A stretch of 64,000 nt of DNA from Candidatus Omnitrophota bacterium (GTDB lineage: Bacteria > Omnitrophota > Gorgyraeia > Zapsychrales > Zapsychraceae): contig JAJDCB010000030.1 of assembly GCA_029261065.1 (NCBI GenBank), positions 260,876 through 324,875 on the forward strand. The letters run 5' to 3'. The position numbers were made by a program, and so were the translations under genes. The notes under the pieces were generated by a model, which saw only the letters and a list, made by a program, of their open reading frames with translations, was not told where the DNA came from and did no database searches. Of the stretch, positions 55,491 through 64,000 are shown one piece after another (position 1 is the stretch's first letter; every line of letters starts with the position of its first letter).

Positions 55491-56363
55491 TTAAAAATTT
55501 AGAGAAGAGATGACTTGATCAATGGGCGTTGATTTGTTTAGGGTGTAGAAGTGAAGGCCGGGAGCGCCTCCATTAAGGAGTTCTTGGCATTGTTTAATGG
55601 CAAAGGCAATGCCAGCTTCTTTGACGGCTTCTTTATCTTCTACGATAGGTTCGAATATAGATTTGACTTCTTCTGTTACAGTAGCCCCACAAAGTTTTGT
55701 AAAACGTAATAATCCATGATAGTCCGTAATAGGCAAAACGCCAGGGATGACTCTTGTTTGGACATCAATATTTTTTAAGCGAAGTACATAGTCAAAATAA
55801 TCTTGATTATCGAAAAAGAGTTGTGTGATAACAAAATTGGCTCCGGCGTCTGTTTTTAGTTTTAGATATTGGGCATCTTGATCGCGATCTGGGCAAAGAA
55901 GATGGCCTTCAGGAAATCCAGCGACTCCTATTGAAAAATATTGCGCAAAATGTTCTCTGATGAAAGCGCATAGTTCACTGCTATATTTAAAGTTGATATC
56001 GGTTGGTTTCCAATCGGGATTATCAGTAGGAGGATCACCACGAAGCGCGAGGATGTTTTGGATGTTGCGTATTTTGGCATCTGTAAGGATGTCTTTAATT
56101 TCATCTTTGGTGTGAAGGACGCAGGTCAGGTGAGCTAATCCGGTGATGTTATGTTTTTCTTGAAGATGCTGCACAATATCAAACGTTTTATCTCGATTGC
56201 CTCCACCAGCACCATAGGTGCAGGAGATGAAATCAGGCTTAAATGCGCTTAATTCAGATATGGTATTGAGAAGTTTTTCGAATCCTTTCTCTGTTTTAGG
56301 CGGAAAAAGCTCGAAGGATAATGTCTTTTTTTTGTTCGGAAATATGTCTGATATGCGTTTCAT
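55491..56363 (-). CDS. metF: 5,10-methylenetetrahydrofolate reductase
   Basis: 'LSFELFPPKTEKG' N-terminus, 'CTYGAGGG', 290 aa. Confidence 0.85.
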   Translation of the reverse strand: MKRISDIFPNKKKTLSFELFPPKTEKGFEKLLNTISELSAFKPDFISCTYGAGGGNRDKTFDIVQHLQEKHNITGLAHLTCVLHTKDEIKDILTDAKIRNIQNILALRGDPPTDNPDWKPTDINFKYSSELCAFIREHFAQYFSIGVAGFPEGHLLCPDRDQDAQYLKLKTDAGANFVITQLFFDNQDYFDYVLRLKNIDVQTRVIPGVLPITDYHGLLRFTKLCGATVTEEVKSIFEPIVEDKEAVKEAGIAFAIKQCQELLNGGAPGLHFYTLNKSTPIDQVISSLNF

Positions 56364-56530
56364 AATTGTATATAGTAACAGAATATCTCAAAAATCTCTA
56401 ATAGTTTAACAATTTGTTGCCAAACTACTAGTAGCTAATTACTATTTTCTTTGGTATTATGATAACTTCCAATTAATTTAAGCATTAGACCCTTATCCAG
56501 CTGTATGCTGGATCACCACCATTCTTATCT

Positions 56531-57451
56531 ATGAAAATCATTGTTCCAGGGGCTTCAGGTTTTGTTGGTCGTAATTTCATTCTCCAAACACCTTCCGATT
56601 GGGATGTTTATGCGATTTATAACAATTCGCAAGATTTTCCAGCCTTTATCAAAGATCATGAGCTTGAACATGTTCGAGCCATAAGTTGCGACTTTACTAA
56701 TGAGGAACAACTCAATGATTTATCGAAAATAATCGGAAGTCATTGCGAGGCATGTGTTTATTTTCTTGCCAATGGAAATCCTGCCCTTTCCACGCAAGAT
56801 CCAATCTTGGACTTATCTCAAAATACTTTAGCTCTACTCGGTTTTCTGAAGACCTTTACAATTAATCGTTTTATTTATTTTTCTTCGGGAGCTGTTTATG
56901 ATAAATTAAGTGGCCCTGTGACACCGCAAAGTGCTGTGGATCCGCATCTACCTTATGCGATTTCAAAGTTAGCTAGTGAGCAATATATTAAGTTTTTTGC
57001 CGCCCGTGAAACGATTAAAGAGTACATTATCTTAAGATTTTTTGGATGCTTTGGTCCGTATGAACCTGATCGAAAGATTTACACTAAGTTAGTTAAAAAT
57101 TTTTGCATAGATCAAAAGAATGAATTTACGGTAACAGGGGATGGACAAAATCTTATCGATGCGATGTATGTGGACGATACGATTGCTGGTATTTTTAAAG
57201 TGTTAGATAGTCCACACAAAAACAAGGTTGTTGATTTTTGTAGTGCGAGACCGTTGACAATAGATAATTTGGTAAAACTTGCAGCTTCTGTTTTTGATCG
57301 AACCAATGTGAACGTGGTTCACCAAGGAGCCGTGCCTGAGTACATAGACTTTCAAGCATCCCCCGAAGAGATGCAAAATTTGTTTGATTTTAAACCACAA
57401 ATTTCCTTAGAAGAAGGATTTAAAAAACTGGCTAAGCATCTTAAAAGTTAA
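56531..57451 (+). CDS. NAD-dependent epimerase/dehydratase family protein
   Basis: 'IIVPGASGFVGRNF' Rossmann, 'YAISK' catalytic YxxxK. Confidence 0.65.
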   Translation: MKIIVPGASGFVGRNFILQTPSDWDVYAIYNNSQDFPAFIKDHELEHVRAISCDFTNEEQLNDLSKIIGSHCEACVYFLANGNPALSTQDPILDLSQNTLALLGFLKTFTINRFIYFSSGAVYDKLSGPVTPQSAVDPHLPYAISKLASEQYIKFFAARETIKEYIILRFFGCFGPYEPDRKIYTKLVKNFCIDQKNEFTVTGDGQNLIDAMYVDDTIAGIFKVLDSPHKNKVVDFCSARPLTIDNLVKLAASVFDRTNVNVVHQGAVPEYIDFQASPEEMQNLFDFKPQISLEEGFKKLAKHLKS

Positions 57452-57457
57452 ATTTCT

Positions 57458-58870
57458 ATGAATAAAAAAAGAATTGCAGTATTAGGAGCTGGACCCACTG
57501 GATTAACGGCGGCATGGAAATTAAGACAGGAAGGTCATGATGTTATTTTGCTTGAACGATCATCTTACGTAGGAGGATTTGGGGCAAGTTTTAAACGTGA
57601 TGGTTTTATCTTAGATTATGGCCCCCATACTTTTCATGTAAAAAAAGGTGAGGTTATTCCAATTGTCGAGTACTTGTTAGGGGATGACCTGATTCGCGGG
57701 AAACGTAATATCAGAACTCTTGCAAAGGGGAAATATCTTAAATACCCCTTTGAATTCTATAACCTTATCTCTCAACTTAATCCTTTTTTTGTAATCCGTA
57801 TGATTTTTGATTTTGTTATGGCTTCAATTATTTATAAATTTATTCATGTCGCGGATAATAATTTTGAATCTTGGGGTATCAAACGTTTTGGTAAAACACT
57901 TTATAATTTTTGTTTTGGGAGATACACGGAAAAAGTATGGGGCATGCCAGCTCATTTGATTTCACATAAATTTGCTGCTAAAAAGATTAAGGGTTTAGAT
58001 ATTAAGAGTATAATTTCCAAAATTCTCGGCGGTAAGGGTGAGGAACAGGAAATTTATTGGGAGGATTGGTTGTATCCTCGAAAGGGAAGTGGGCAGCTTT
58101 TTGATAAAATGAATCAAGATTATTTGGCTTCAGGTGGGCAACTGTCCTTAGAGTCGAATGTGACAAGAGTAAATTGTGAGGGTTCAACCGTCACATCTAT
58201 TGATTATGTAGAAAAAGGAAAAAAGAAAAATTTAAAAGTTGATGAGGTGATCTCAACTATTCCTTTAAAGAATCTTATTCTATCAATGTCTCCATCGTTT
58301 GGAGATTATATATCTTATACCGCAAAGCGATTACAGTTTCGGGGAATTGTGCTTGTATATGTGGTGATGGATACCAATGCTGCAACAGATGCCCACTGGA
58401 TTTATTTGTTGGACCCCATTTTTAAATTTAATCGTGTCACGGAACAGAAAAATTTAGTTAAGGATGTTTGTCCAGAAGGCAAGACGGTGTTGTGTTTTGA
58501 GATGTGTTGTAGCACGAAGGATCCTATATGGCAGTATACGGATGAGCAGTTTAAGGACATGATTTTTGAAGAAATAAAAAATATTAAAATCATAGACCCA
58601 AGTTTGATTAGCGATGTGTTTACTGTTAAAGTTACAGATGCCTATGCGATATGTCATCTCGGCTATGAAGAGCATCTTAAGGATTTATTAGAGCATATTT
58701 CTCAAATTAAGAATTTGGTCTCAACAGGACGCCAAGGTTTATATCTTCAGATTGATATGCATGACAGTATGGCGTTAGGATTAAACGCTGCTAAATTTGT
58801 GGTCCATGAAAATAAAGACATGTTTAGTTGGTATAAAGAGAAAACAGAATTTTTAGACTGGGATAGATAG
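57458..58870 (+). CDS. NAD(P)/FAD-dependent oxidoreductase (amine-oxidase/UGM-like fold)
   Basis: 'IAVLGAGPTGLTAAWKL...ERSSYVGG' dinucleotide-binding motif; 470 aa; lies within a sugar-nucleotide locus. Confidence 0.55.
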   Translation: MNKKRIAVLGAGPTGLTAAWKLRQEGHDVILLERSSYVGGFGASFKRDGFILDYGPHTFHVKKGEVIPIVEYLLGDDLIRGKRNIRTLAKGKYLKYPFEFYNLISQLNPFFVIRMIFDFVMASIIYKFIHVADNNFESWGIKRFGKTLYNFCFGRYTEKVWGMPAHLISHKFAAKKIKGLDIKSIISKILGGKGEEQEIYWEDWLYPRKGSGQLFDKMNQDYLASGGQLSLESNVTRVNCEGSTVTSIDYVEKGKKKNLKVDEVISTIPLKNLILSMSPSFGDYISYTAKRLQFRGIVLVYVVMDTNAATDAHWIYLLDPIFKFNRVTEQKNLVKDVCPEGKTVLCFEMCCSTKDPIWQYTDEQFKDMIFEEIKNIKIIDPSLISDVFTVKVTDAYAICHLGYEEHLKDLLEHISQIKNLVSTGRQGLYLQIDMHDSMALGLNAAKFVVHENKDMFSWYKEKTEFLDWDR

Positions 58871-58890
58871 GGAAGGAAGATGTTTCTATT

Positions 58891-59868
58891 ATGAAAAAAC
58901 AATCTTTAAAGAAGATAAAAAATAAAAATATTTTTATAACAGGGGGAACCGGTTTTATTGCCTCGCATTTGTGTGAACTTTTAATCGAAGATAACAAGAT
59001 TACTGTGTATGACACCAATCAACGCGATGCTCTTAAATACACAACATTTCAAGGTCACCCCAATTTAACCTCCATTCAAGGAGATGTTTTAAATGCAGAA
59101 TATCTAAAAGATGCCATGACAGGAGCTGACATCGTTATTCATTGTGCGGCTATTGCTGGGATTTATAGTGTTGTTAAAAGTCCATCATTAACATTGAGGG
59201 TTAGTTTCTTAGGAACGTATCATGCGCTTGAGGCAGCTGTTGCCCATAAGGTCAGTCGGTTTATAGATTTTTCAACCAGTGAAGTTTATGGTCCTTTTAT
59301 ATATAAGGGAACAGAACAAGAATTAACAACACAAGGTCCTGTTGGAGAAAGTCGATGGTCGTATTCAGTGGGAAAGTTAGCGGCTGAGCATTTAACACAT
59401 AGTTATCAAAAAGAATTTAAGCTCTCAACAACGTCTATTCGTCCCTTTAATATTTATGGGCCTCGACAAATTGGTGAAGGAGCCATTCAAGGGATGACTC
59501 TTAAAGCTATTAACAACGAGCCACTTACGATATATAATGATGGAACACAAATACGGGCCTGGTGCTTTGTTCGTGATTTTGTTGATGGGGTTTTGCGAAT
59601 TATTTCAGAACCAAAGGCGAGTGGAAAATCTTTTAATTTAGGTAATCCCCAAGGCAGTATTACAAATATTGAGTTGGCGAACATGATTATTCGGCTAACA
59701 AAGTCAAAATCAAAAATAGTTTTTAAAAAACATCCTGGTCCAGAAGTAGAAATAAGAATTCCTTCCATTGATCGGGCTAAGGAAATTTTGGGATTCGATC
59801 CAAAAGTTGGTTTAGAGGAAGGTATTTTAGAGACCATTGAATGGTATAAACAAATGGATAAGAAATGA
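58891..59868 (+). CDS. NAD-dependent epimerase/dehydratase (UDP-sugar modifying)
   Basis: 'IFITGGTGFIASHLCE', 'YSVGK' YxxxK. Confidence 0.7.
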   Translation: MKKQSLKKIKNKNIFITGGTGFIASHLCELLIEDNKITVYDTNQRDALKYTTFQGHPNLTSIQGDVLNAEYLKDAMTGADIVIHCAAIAGIYSVVKSPSLTLRVSFLGTYHALEAAVAHKVSRFIDFSTSEVYGPFIYKGTEQELTTQGPVGESRWSYSVGKLAAEHLTHSYQKEFKLSTTSIRPFNIYGPRQIGEGAIQGMTLKAINNEPLTIYNDGTQIRAWCFVRDFVDGVLRIISEPKASGKSFNLGNPQGSITNIELANMIIRLTKSKSKIVFKKHPGPEVEIRIPSIDRAKEILGFDPKVGLEEGILETIEWYKQMDKK

Positions 59869-61451
59869 GTAAAGTAGCTGTCATTGGTGCTGGGTATTGG
59901 GGAAAGAATTTGGTGCGTACGTTTCATCAAATGGGTGTATTGGAGTGTGTGTGTGATCTAAATCCTCATATCCTTAAAAAGACTCAAGAAAAATATCCTG
60001 ATTTAAAATTGCTTAATGATTATCAAGATGTTTTTAGTGATAGCACAATCGATTGTGTTGTTATTGCGACACCGGCTGTAACGCATTTTGATTTGGTAAC
60101 CCAATCTTTAAATGCTGGCAAACATGTTTTTATAGAAAAGCCCTTGGCGCTAAATGTTGAGGAAGGGGAGAAGTTAGTTGCTTTGGCTAAACAAAAAAGT
60201 AAGACGTTAATGGTTGGCCATATTCTGCAATATCATAATGCGATTATCAAATTAAAAGAGCTTATTGATCAAGGCGAGTTAGGAAAAATACAGTATATTT
60301 ATTCGAATCGGTTGAATATAGGGAAAATTCGTAGTGAAGAAAACATTTTATGGAGTTTTGCCCCGCATGATATTTCTGTCATTCTTATGTTTCTCAATGA
60401 GATGCCCGAAAATGTTTATACAACAGGAGAAAGTTATCTTCAAAAAGGGATATACGATGTTACGATGACAAATTTAAAATTTCCTTCAGGTGTAAAGGCT
60501 CATATTTTTGTTTCTTGGATACATCCCTTTAAAGAACAAAAGTTAGTTGTTGTGGGTGATAAAAAGATGGCCGTTTTTGATGATGTTAGTACAGAGAAGT
60601 TATTTTTGTATCCTCATAAAGTCGAATGGATTGATCGACATCCCGTGGCATCAAAGGGGGAGGCGGAGGTTGTTTCCTTTAAGACGGAGGAGCCTTTGAT
60701 GAATGAATGTAAACATTTCATTGAGTGTATCGAGAAGCATAATCAACCAAAGACGGACGGTGATGAAGGTTTAGAAGTTTTACGTGTGCTGCAGTATTCT
60801 CAAGAATCCTTAAATACTTCAAAAGCTATTGAAGTCTCTTCTCGGATGCATGCGAATGATAAGTCCTACTTTGTTCATGCCTCTAGTTATATTGATGAAG
60901 ATGTTACTATTGGAGCGGGGACTCAAATCTGGCATTATTCGCATATCTTAAGTCATTCGACAATAGGAAAAAATTGTAAGATTGGGCAAAATGTTGTTAT
61001 TGGTCCTGATGCATCCATTGGTCATAATTGTAAAATTCAAAATAATGTTTCTGTTTATAAAGGTGTTACGCTAGAGGATGATGTTTTTTGCGGTCCTTCC
61101 ATGGTTTTTACTAATGTGAATAATCCACGGTGCGCTATTCCTCGGATGGATGAAATTATGACGACACTTGTTAAGAAGGGTGCCTCCATTGGAGCGAATG
61201 CGACAATTGTTTGTGGACATTTATTAGGACGCTATTGTTTTATTGGAGCGGGCGCTGTCGTCACAAAAGATGTTCCTGATTATGCTTTGGTTATCGGAAA
61301 TCCTGGTCGTATTGTTGGTTGGATGTGTGAATGTGGGGAGAAGTTAGATTTGGAAAAAAATGATCATGCCCAATGCAACAATTGTCAAAGATCCTATCAG
61401 CTTAAAGCTAATTTAGTTAACGAAATTAAGCAGTTAACGCATAAAAAATGA
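59865..61451 (+). CDS. Fusion of Gfo/Idh/MocA UDP-sugar 3-dehydrogenase (WbpB/WlbA-like) and hexapeptide N-acetyltransferase (WbpD/WlbB-like), C-terminal Cys4 ribbon
   Basis: N-terminal 'VAVIGAGYWGKN...EKPLA' Gfo/Idh/MocA. C-terminal left-handed beta-helix hexapeptide repeats ('IGKNCKIGQNVVIGPDASIGHNCKI'). Tail 'CECGEKLDLEKNDHAQCNNCQ'. Confidence 0.65.
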   Translation: MSKVAVIGAGYWGKNLVRTFHQMGVLECVCDLNPHILKKTQEKYPDLKLLNDYQDVFSDSTIDCVVIATPAVTHFDLVTQSLNAGKHVFIEKPLALNVEEGEKLVALAKQKSKTLMVGHILQYHNAIIKLKELIDQGELGKIQYIYSNRLNIGKIRSEENILWSFAPHDISVILMFLNEMPENVYTTGESYLQKGIYDVTMTNLKFPSGVKAHIFVSWIHPFKEQKLVVVGDKKMAVFDDVSTEKLFLYPHKVEWIDRHPVASKGEAEVVSFKTEEPLMNECKHFIECIEKHNQPKTDGDEGLEVLRVLQYSQESLNTSKAIEVSSRMHANDKSYFVHASSYIDEDVTIGAGTQIWHYSHILSHSTIGKNCKIGQNVVIGPDASIGHNCKIQNNVSVYKGVTLEDDVFCGPSMVFTNVNNPRCAIPRMDEIMTTLVKKGASIGANATIVCGHLLGRYCFIGAGAVVTKDVPDYALVIGNPGRIVGWMCECGEKLDLEKNDHAQCNNCQRSYQLKANLVNEIKQLTHKK

Positions 61452-62545
61452 TTCCTCTCCTAGATCTCAAAGCTCAATATTCTCAAATTAAAGATCAGAT
61501 CAACGCGGCTATTCGTGATGTTCTTGAATCGCAATATTTTATTCTTGGACCAACCGTCAGTGACTTTGAAAAAAATATTGTCGCATATACTCAATCTAAA
61601 TATGCCATTGGTGTGGCCTCTGGAAGTGATGCCTTATTATTGTCTTTAATGGCCATAGATCTTCGCCCTGGAGATGAGGTTATCACAACACCATACACTT
61701 TTTTCTCAACAGCCAGTTGCATTTCACGTTTAGGTGCCAAGCCAGTTTTTGTCGATATAGATCCTAAAACTTACAACATTGATCCTAATTTAATTGAAGC
61801 AAAAATTACTTTAAGAACAAAAGCGATCATTCCCGTAGATCTTTATGGACAAGCCGCTGATATGGATCCTATTATGGCTTGTGCTAAGAAACATCAATTA
61901 ACGGTCATTGAAGATGCGGCACAAGCGTTAAGCGCAACATATAAGGGAAAAAAATGTTCGACGTTAGGGGATTTGGGGGCGATTAGTTTTTTCCCTTCAA
62001 AGAATTTAGGTGGGTATGGGGATGGGGGAATGGTTATCACGGATAATGAAGAGTTGGCAGAAAAAATAAAGATTTTGCGTGTGCATGGGGCAAAACCTAA
62101 GTATTATCATGATTATATTGGTTGTGCTAGTCGTTTGGATGCTTTGCAGGCAGCTGTTTTAAATGTTAAGTTAAAGTATTTAGATCAATGGAGTCAAGGA
62201 CGTCAGAAGAATGCTAAAGAATACGATGCTTTATTTTCATCCAAGGATGTTCAAACGCCATTTATTGATGAACATTGTCAGCATGTTTACAATCAATATG
62301 TTATACGTGTTTCAAAACGTGATCCATTAAGAGATTTTTTAAAAGAAAAAGAAATCTCAACAGAGATTTACTACCCTCGACCACTTCATTTACAGAAATG
62401 TTTCGCTGATCTAGGTTACAAAGAAGGAGATTTTCCCGAATCGGAGAAGGCTGCACAAGAAACACTAGCGTTACCAATTTATCCAGAATTAAGTCAACAA
62501 AACCAACGCATGATAGTTGATACCATTAGTCAGTTTTATAATTAA
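61448..62545 (+). CDS. DegT/DnrJ/EryC1/StrS-family PLP-dependent sugar aminotransferase (WbpE/WlbC-like)
   Basis: 'GSDALLLSLMA', 'DAAQALSATYKGKK', 'SFFPSKNLGGYGDGGMV' (PLP lysine region). Confidence 0.8.
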   Translation: MIPLLDLKAQYSQIKDQINAAIRDVLESQYFILGPTVSDFEKNIVAYTQSKYAIGVASGSDALLLSLMAIDLRPGDEVITTPYTFFSTASCISRLGAKPVFVDIDPKTYNIDPNLIEAKITLRTKAIIPVDLYGQAADMDPIMACAKKHQLTVIEDAAQALSATYKGKKCSTLGDLGAISFFPSKNLGGYGDGGMVITDNEELAEKIKILRVHGAKPKYYHDYIGCASRLDALQAAVLNVKLKYLDQWSQGRQKNAKEYDALFSSKDVQTPFIDEHCQHVYNQYVIRVSKRDPLRDFLKEKEISTEIYYPRPLHLQKCFADLGYKEGDFPESEKAAQETLALPIYPELSQQNQRMIVDTISQFYN

Positions 62546-62549
62546 TCGT

Positions 62550-63611
62550 ATGAACATAATCTCACTATTTAAATCACGTCGCATTATAAACTATTTAGTT
62601 GTTTCTATTTCTCTTGTTGGTATTTTCTTTCGTTTTGAGAGATTTAATAAAAGAACGCTTTGGGGGGATGAACTTGCGCTGTTTGCATTAACCTCAGACT
62701 CACCCAATCATTCACCAGAGCTCTTACAAGATATTTTGATTTATAATATGGGGTTGATTCAATTTCCAGGTGATATTTTACTACTTTGGCCTTTTCATTT
62801 GATGTTTGGCGTCAATAAATGGGGAGTGGCATTTCCACATATTGTTCTTTCTATTTTTGGTTTTTTTCTATTCTATAAAATGTGTCGCTTGTATTTGACT
62901 ACGTTGACGGGGTTTGTTGTCGCTTTTTTAGTCTTTTCTTTTAATAATACTATGCTTTTTCATGCTTTTGAAATAAGGCCGTATAGTGTGCTTATTCCTT
63001 TGAGTATTGCCACATTTTTGGTCATGAGATATTTGGTTGATGACGTATCTCCCTCTCGAAAAAAAGTAATTTTATTTAATACTTATATTGTTTTTACATT
63101 ATTATTTCATTTATATGGAGTCCTCATGTTAGCTCTTACATACACGTTTCATATGATTTGTTCTCGTAAAGAGACGCTGTTATTAACATTGTTAAAACAT
63201 ATCAGACATTATTGGTGGGCCATATTAATAGGCGGACCTTATTGGGCGACTTTTACGTTTGGATTTGATACGGCTTTTATGCATTGGGATACTTTTGCAT
63301 TTATTGATAAAGGATTTATTTCTGTTTTAAAGGGCATTGTGGGGAATTTGGTTGGGGCTCGGTTGTTATATATTTTTCTTTTTGGATTTGTGCTTTATTT
63401 TTTTAGACATAAGCTATGGTTTAAACAGAGCATGTTTGTAGTCATTTTAGTCATAGTTCCTATCAGCTTCATTTTATATTCTTGTGTGGCAAACCATTAC
63501 TGGTTTATTCAGCGTCTTTTTATTTGGGTGATGCCCTGGTTTGCTTTTCTTCTTGGTTGGCAGTGGGATACTTTGACAAACATGTTATTAAATAAAATAG
63601 AGAAGACATGA
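62550..63611 (+). CDS. Polytopic membrane protein, possible GT-C-fold glycosyltransferase
   Basis: ~10 TM; first loop carries 'LWGDE' (aspartate-containing motif as in GT-C enzymes). Track start 62517 overlaps the aminotransferase; ATG 62550 also possible. Confidence 0.35.
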   Translation: MNIISLFKSRRIINYLVVSISLVGIFFRFERFNKRTLWGDELALFALTSDSPNHSPELLQDILIYNMGLIQFPGDILLLWPFHLMFGVNKWGVAFPHIVLSIFGFFLFYKMCRLYLTTLTGFVVAFLVFSFNNTMLFHAFEIRPYSVLIPLSIATFLVMRYLVDDVSPSRKKVILFNTYIVFTLLFHLYGVLMLALTYTFHMICSRKETLLLTLLKHIRHYWWAILIGGPYWATFTFGFDTAFMHWDTFAFIDKGFISVLKGIVGNLVGARLLYIFLFGFVLYFFRHKLWFKQSMFVVILVIVPISFILYSCVANHYWFIQRLFIWVMPWFAFLLGWQWDTLTNMLLNKIEKT

Positions 63612-64000
63612 ATATAGCGCTTGTTACAGGATCTAGCGGTTTAATTGGTTCTCAGGCCTGTGAGTTTTTTGCCAAAGAAAATTTTCATATCGTTGGTATC
63701 GATAATGATATGCGTAGTTATTTTTTTGGTGAAGAGGCCTCGACGGATTGGAAAAGAAAACAGCTTGAAGAGAAATTAACAAAATATACGCATCGCGCTA
63801 TTGATATTCGAAATTTTAGTGATTTAGAGATTATTTTTAAAGAATACCAATCAGATATCAAGCTTATTATTCACACCGCAGCACAACCTTCCCATGATTG
63901 GGCTGCTCGTGAGCCGCTTACGGATTTTTCCATTAATGCCAATGGAACTCTGAATTTGTTAGAACTCACCCGTCAATATTCTTCTAATGCCGTTTTTATT
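63608..64000 (+). CDS. NAD-dependent epimerase/dehydratase, 5' partial (runs off the window)
   Basis: 'IALVTGSSGLIGSQACEFF' Rossmann motif. ATGA overlap with the upstream stop. Confidence 0.7.
   Translation, partial: MNIALVTGSSGLIGSQACEFFAKENFHIVGIDNDMRSYFFGEEASTDWKRKQLEEKLTKYTHRAIDIRNFSDLEIIFKEYQSDIKLIIHTAAQPSHDWAAREPLTDFSINANGTLNLLELTRQYSSNAVFI

Noticed and set aside
1-64000. Searched for tRNA/rRNA genes, CRISPR repeats, transposase/integrase genes, terminal inverted repeats and att-like direct repeats
   Set aside because: I saw no T-loop/anticodon-arm structures, no regularly spaced repeats and no recombinase-like ORFs by eye. Gene content and tight packing look like core chromosome rather than a mobile island.

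Overview
This is an AT-rich (roughly 35-37% GC by eye), very gene-dense chromosomal segment from a diderm bacterium. It carries a TonB-dependent receptor, MlaEFD, a GspK-like pseudopilin and lipoproteins. I call about 65 protein-coding genes. Almost every intergenic gap is under 200 nt and many neighbouring genes overlap by 1-11 nt (ATGA/TAATG type), consistent with translational coupling. I found no rRNA, tRNA, CRISPR array, transposase, integrase or prophage genes, so the window looks like ordinary chromosome with a few accessory-looking islands. Content in order: two paralogous 7TM histidine kinases convergent around a GST; a hybrid HK plus a PAS-GAF-GGDEF gene; a glycogen module (GlgB, small wHTH protein, GH57) running on into an NhaP antiporter, a PHP (EndoQ-like) nuclease, a short UvrD-like helicase and an orphan GspK; a LysM amidase and a phosphoesterase; an ABC-2 exporter; a redoxin and a carbamoyltransferase-SxtJ-DUF5989 trio; Xth; then TonB-dependent receptor, family-5 SBP, an unannotated 34-aa Cys-Cys-Trp peptide, a 16-bp perfect inverted repeat and a radical SAM/SPASM enzyme with an N-terminal RRE-like extension; a Cache-HK/AraC-RR/pseudo-receiver regulatory set; HIT, CheY-like, MlaEFD, Csp, FKBP, ZIP, MetH; an orphan NuoF-like flavoprotein; an ECF sigma/ZAS anti-sigma/DUF3179/CcdA/YHS-like/DoxX envelope-redox cluster; YceI-NhaP-YceI; MetF; and the start of a UDP-sugar (WbpB-WbpD fusion, WbpE) polysaccharide locus. 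The most novel candidate is the RiPP-like cassette at about 28.4-33.9 kb. Its import-module-plus-peptide architecture resembles methanobactin operons, but the maturase is a radical SAM/SPASM enzyme. All coordinates follow the supplied ORF track except where I moved a start to an internal ATG on RBS or homology grounds (stated in the evidence).
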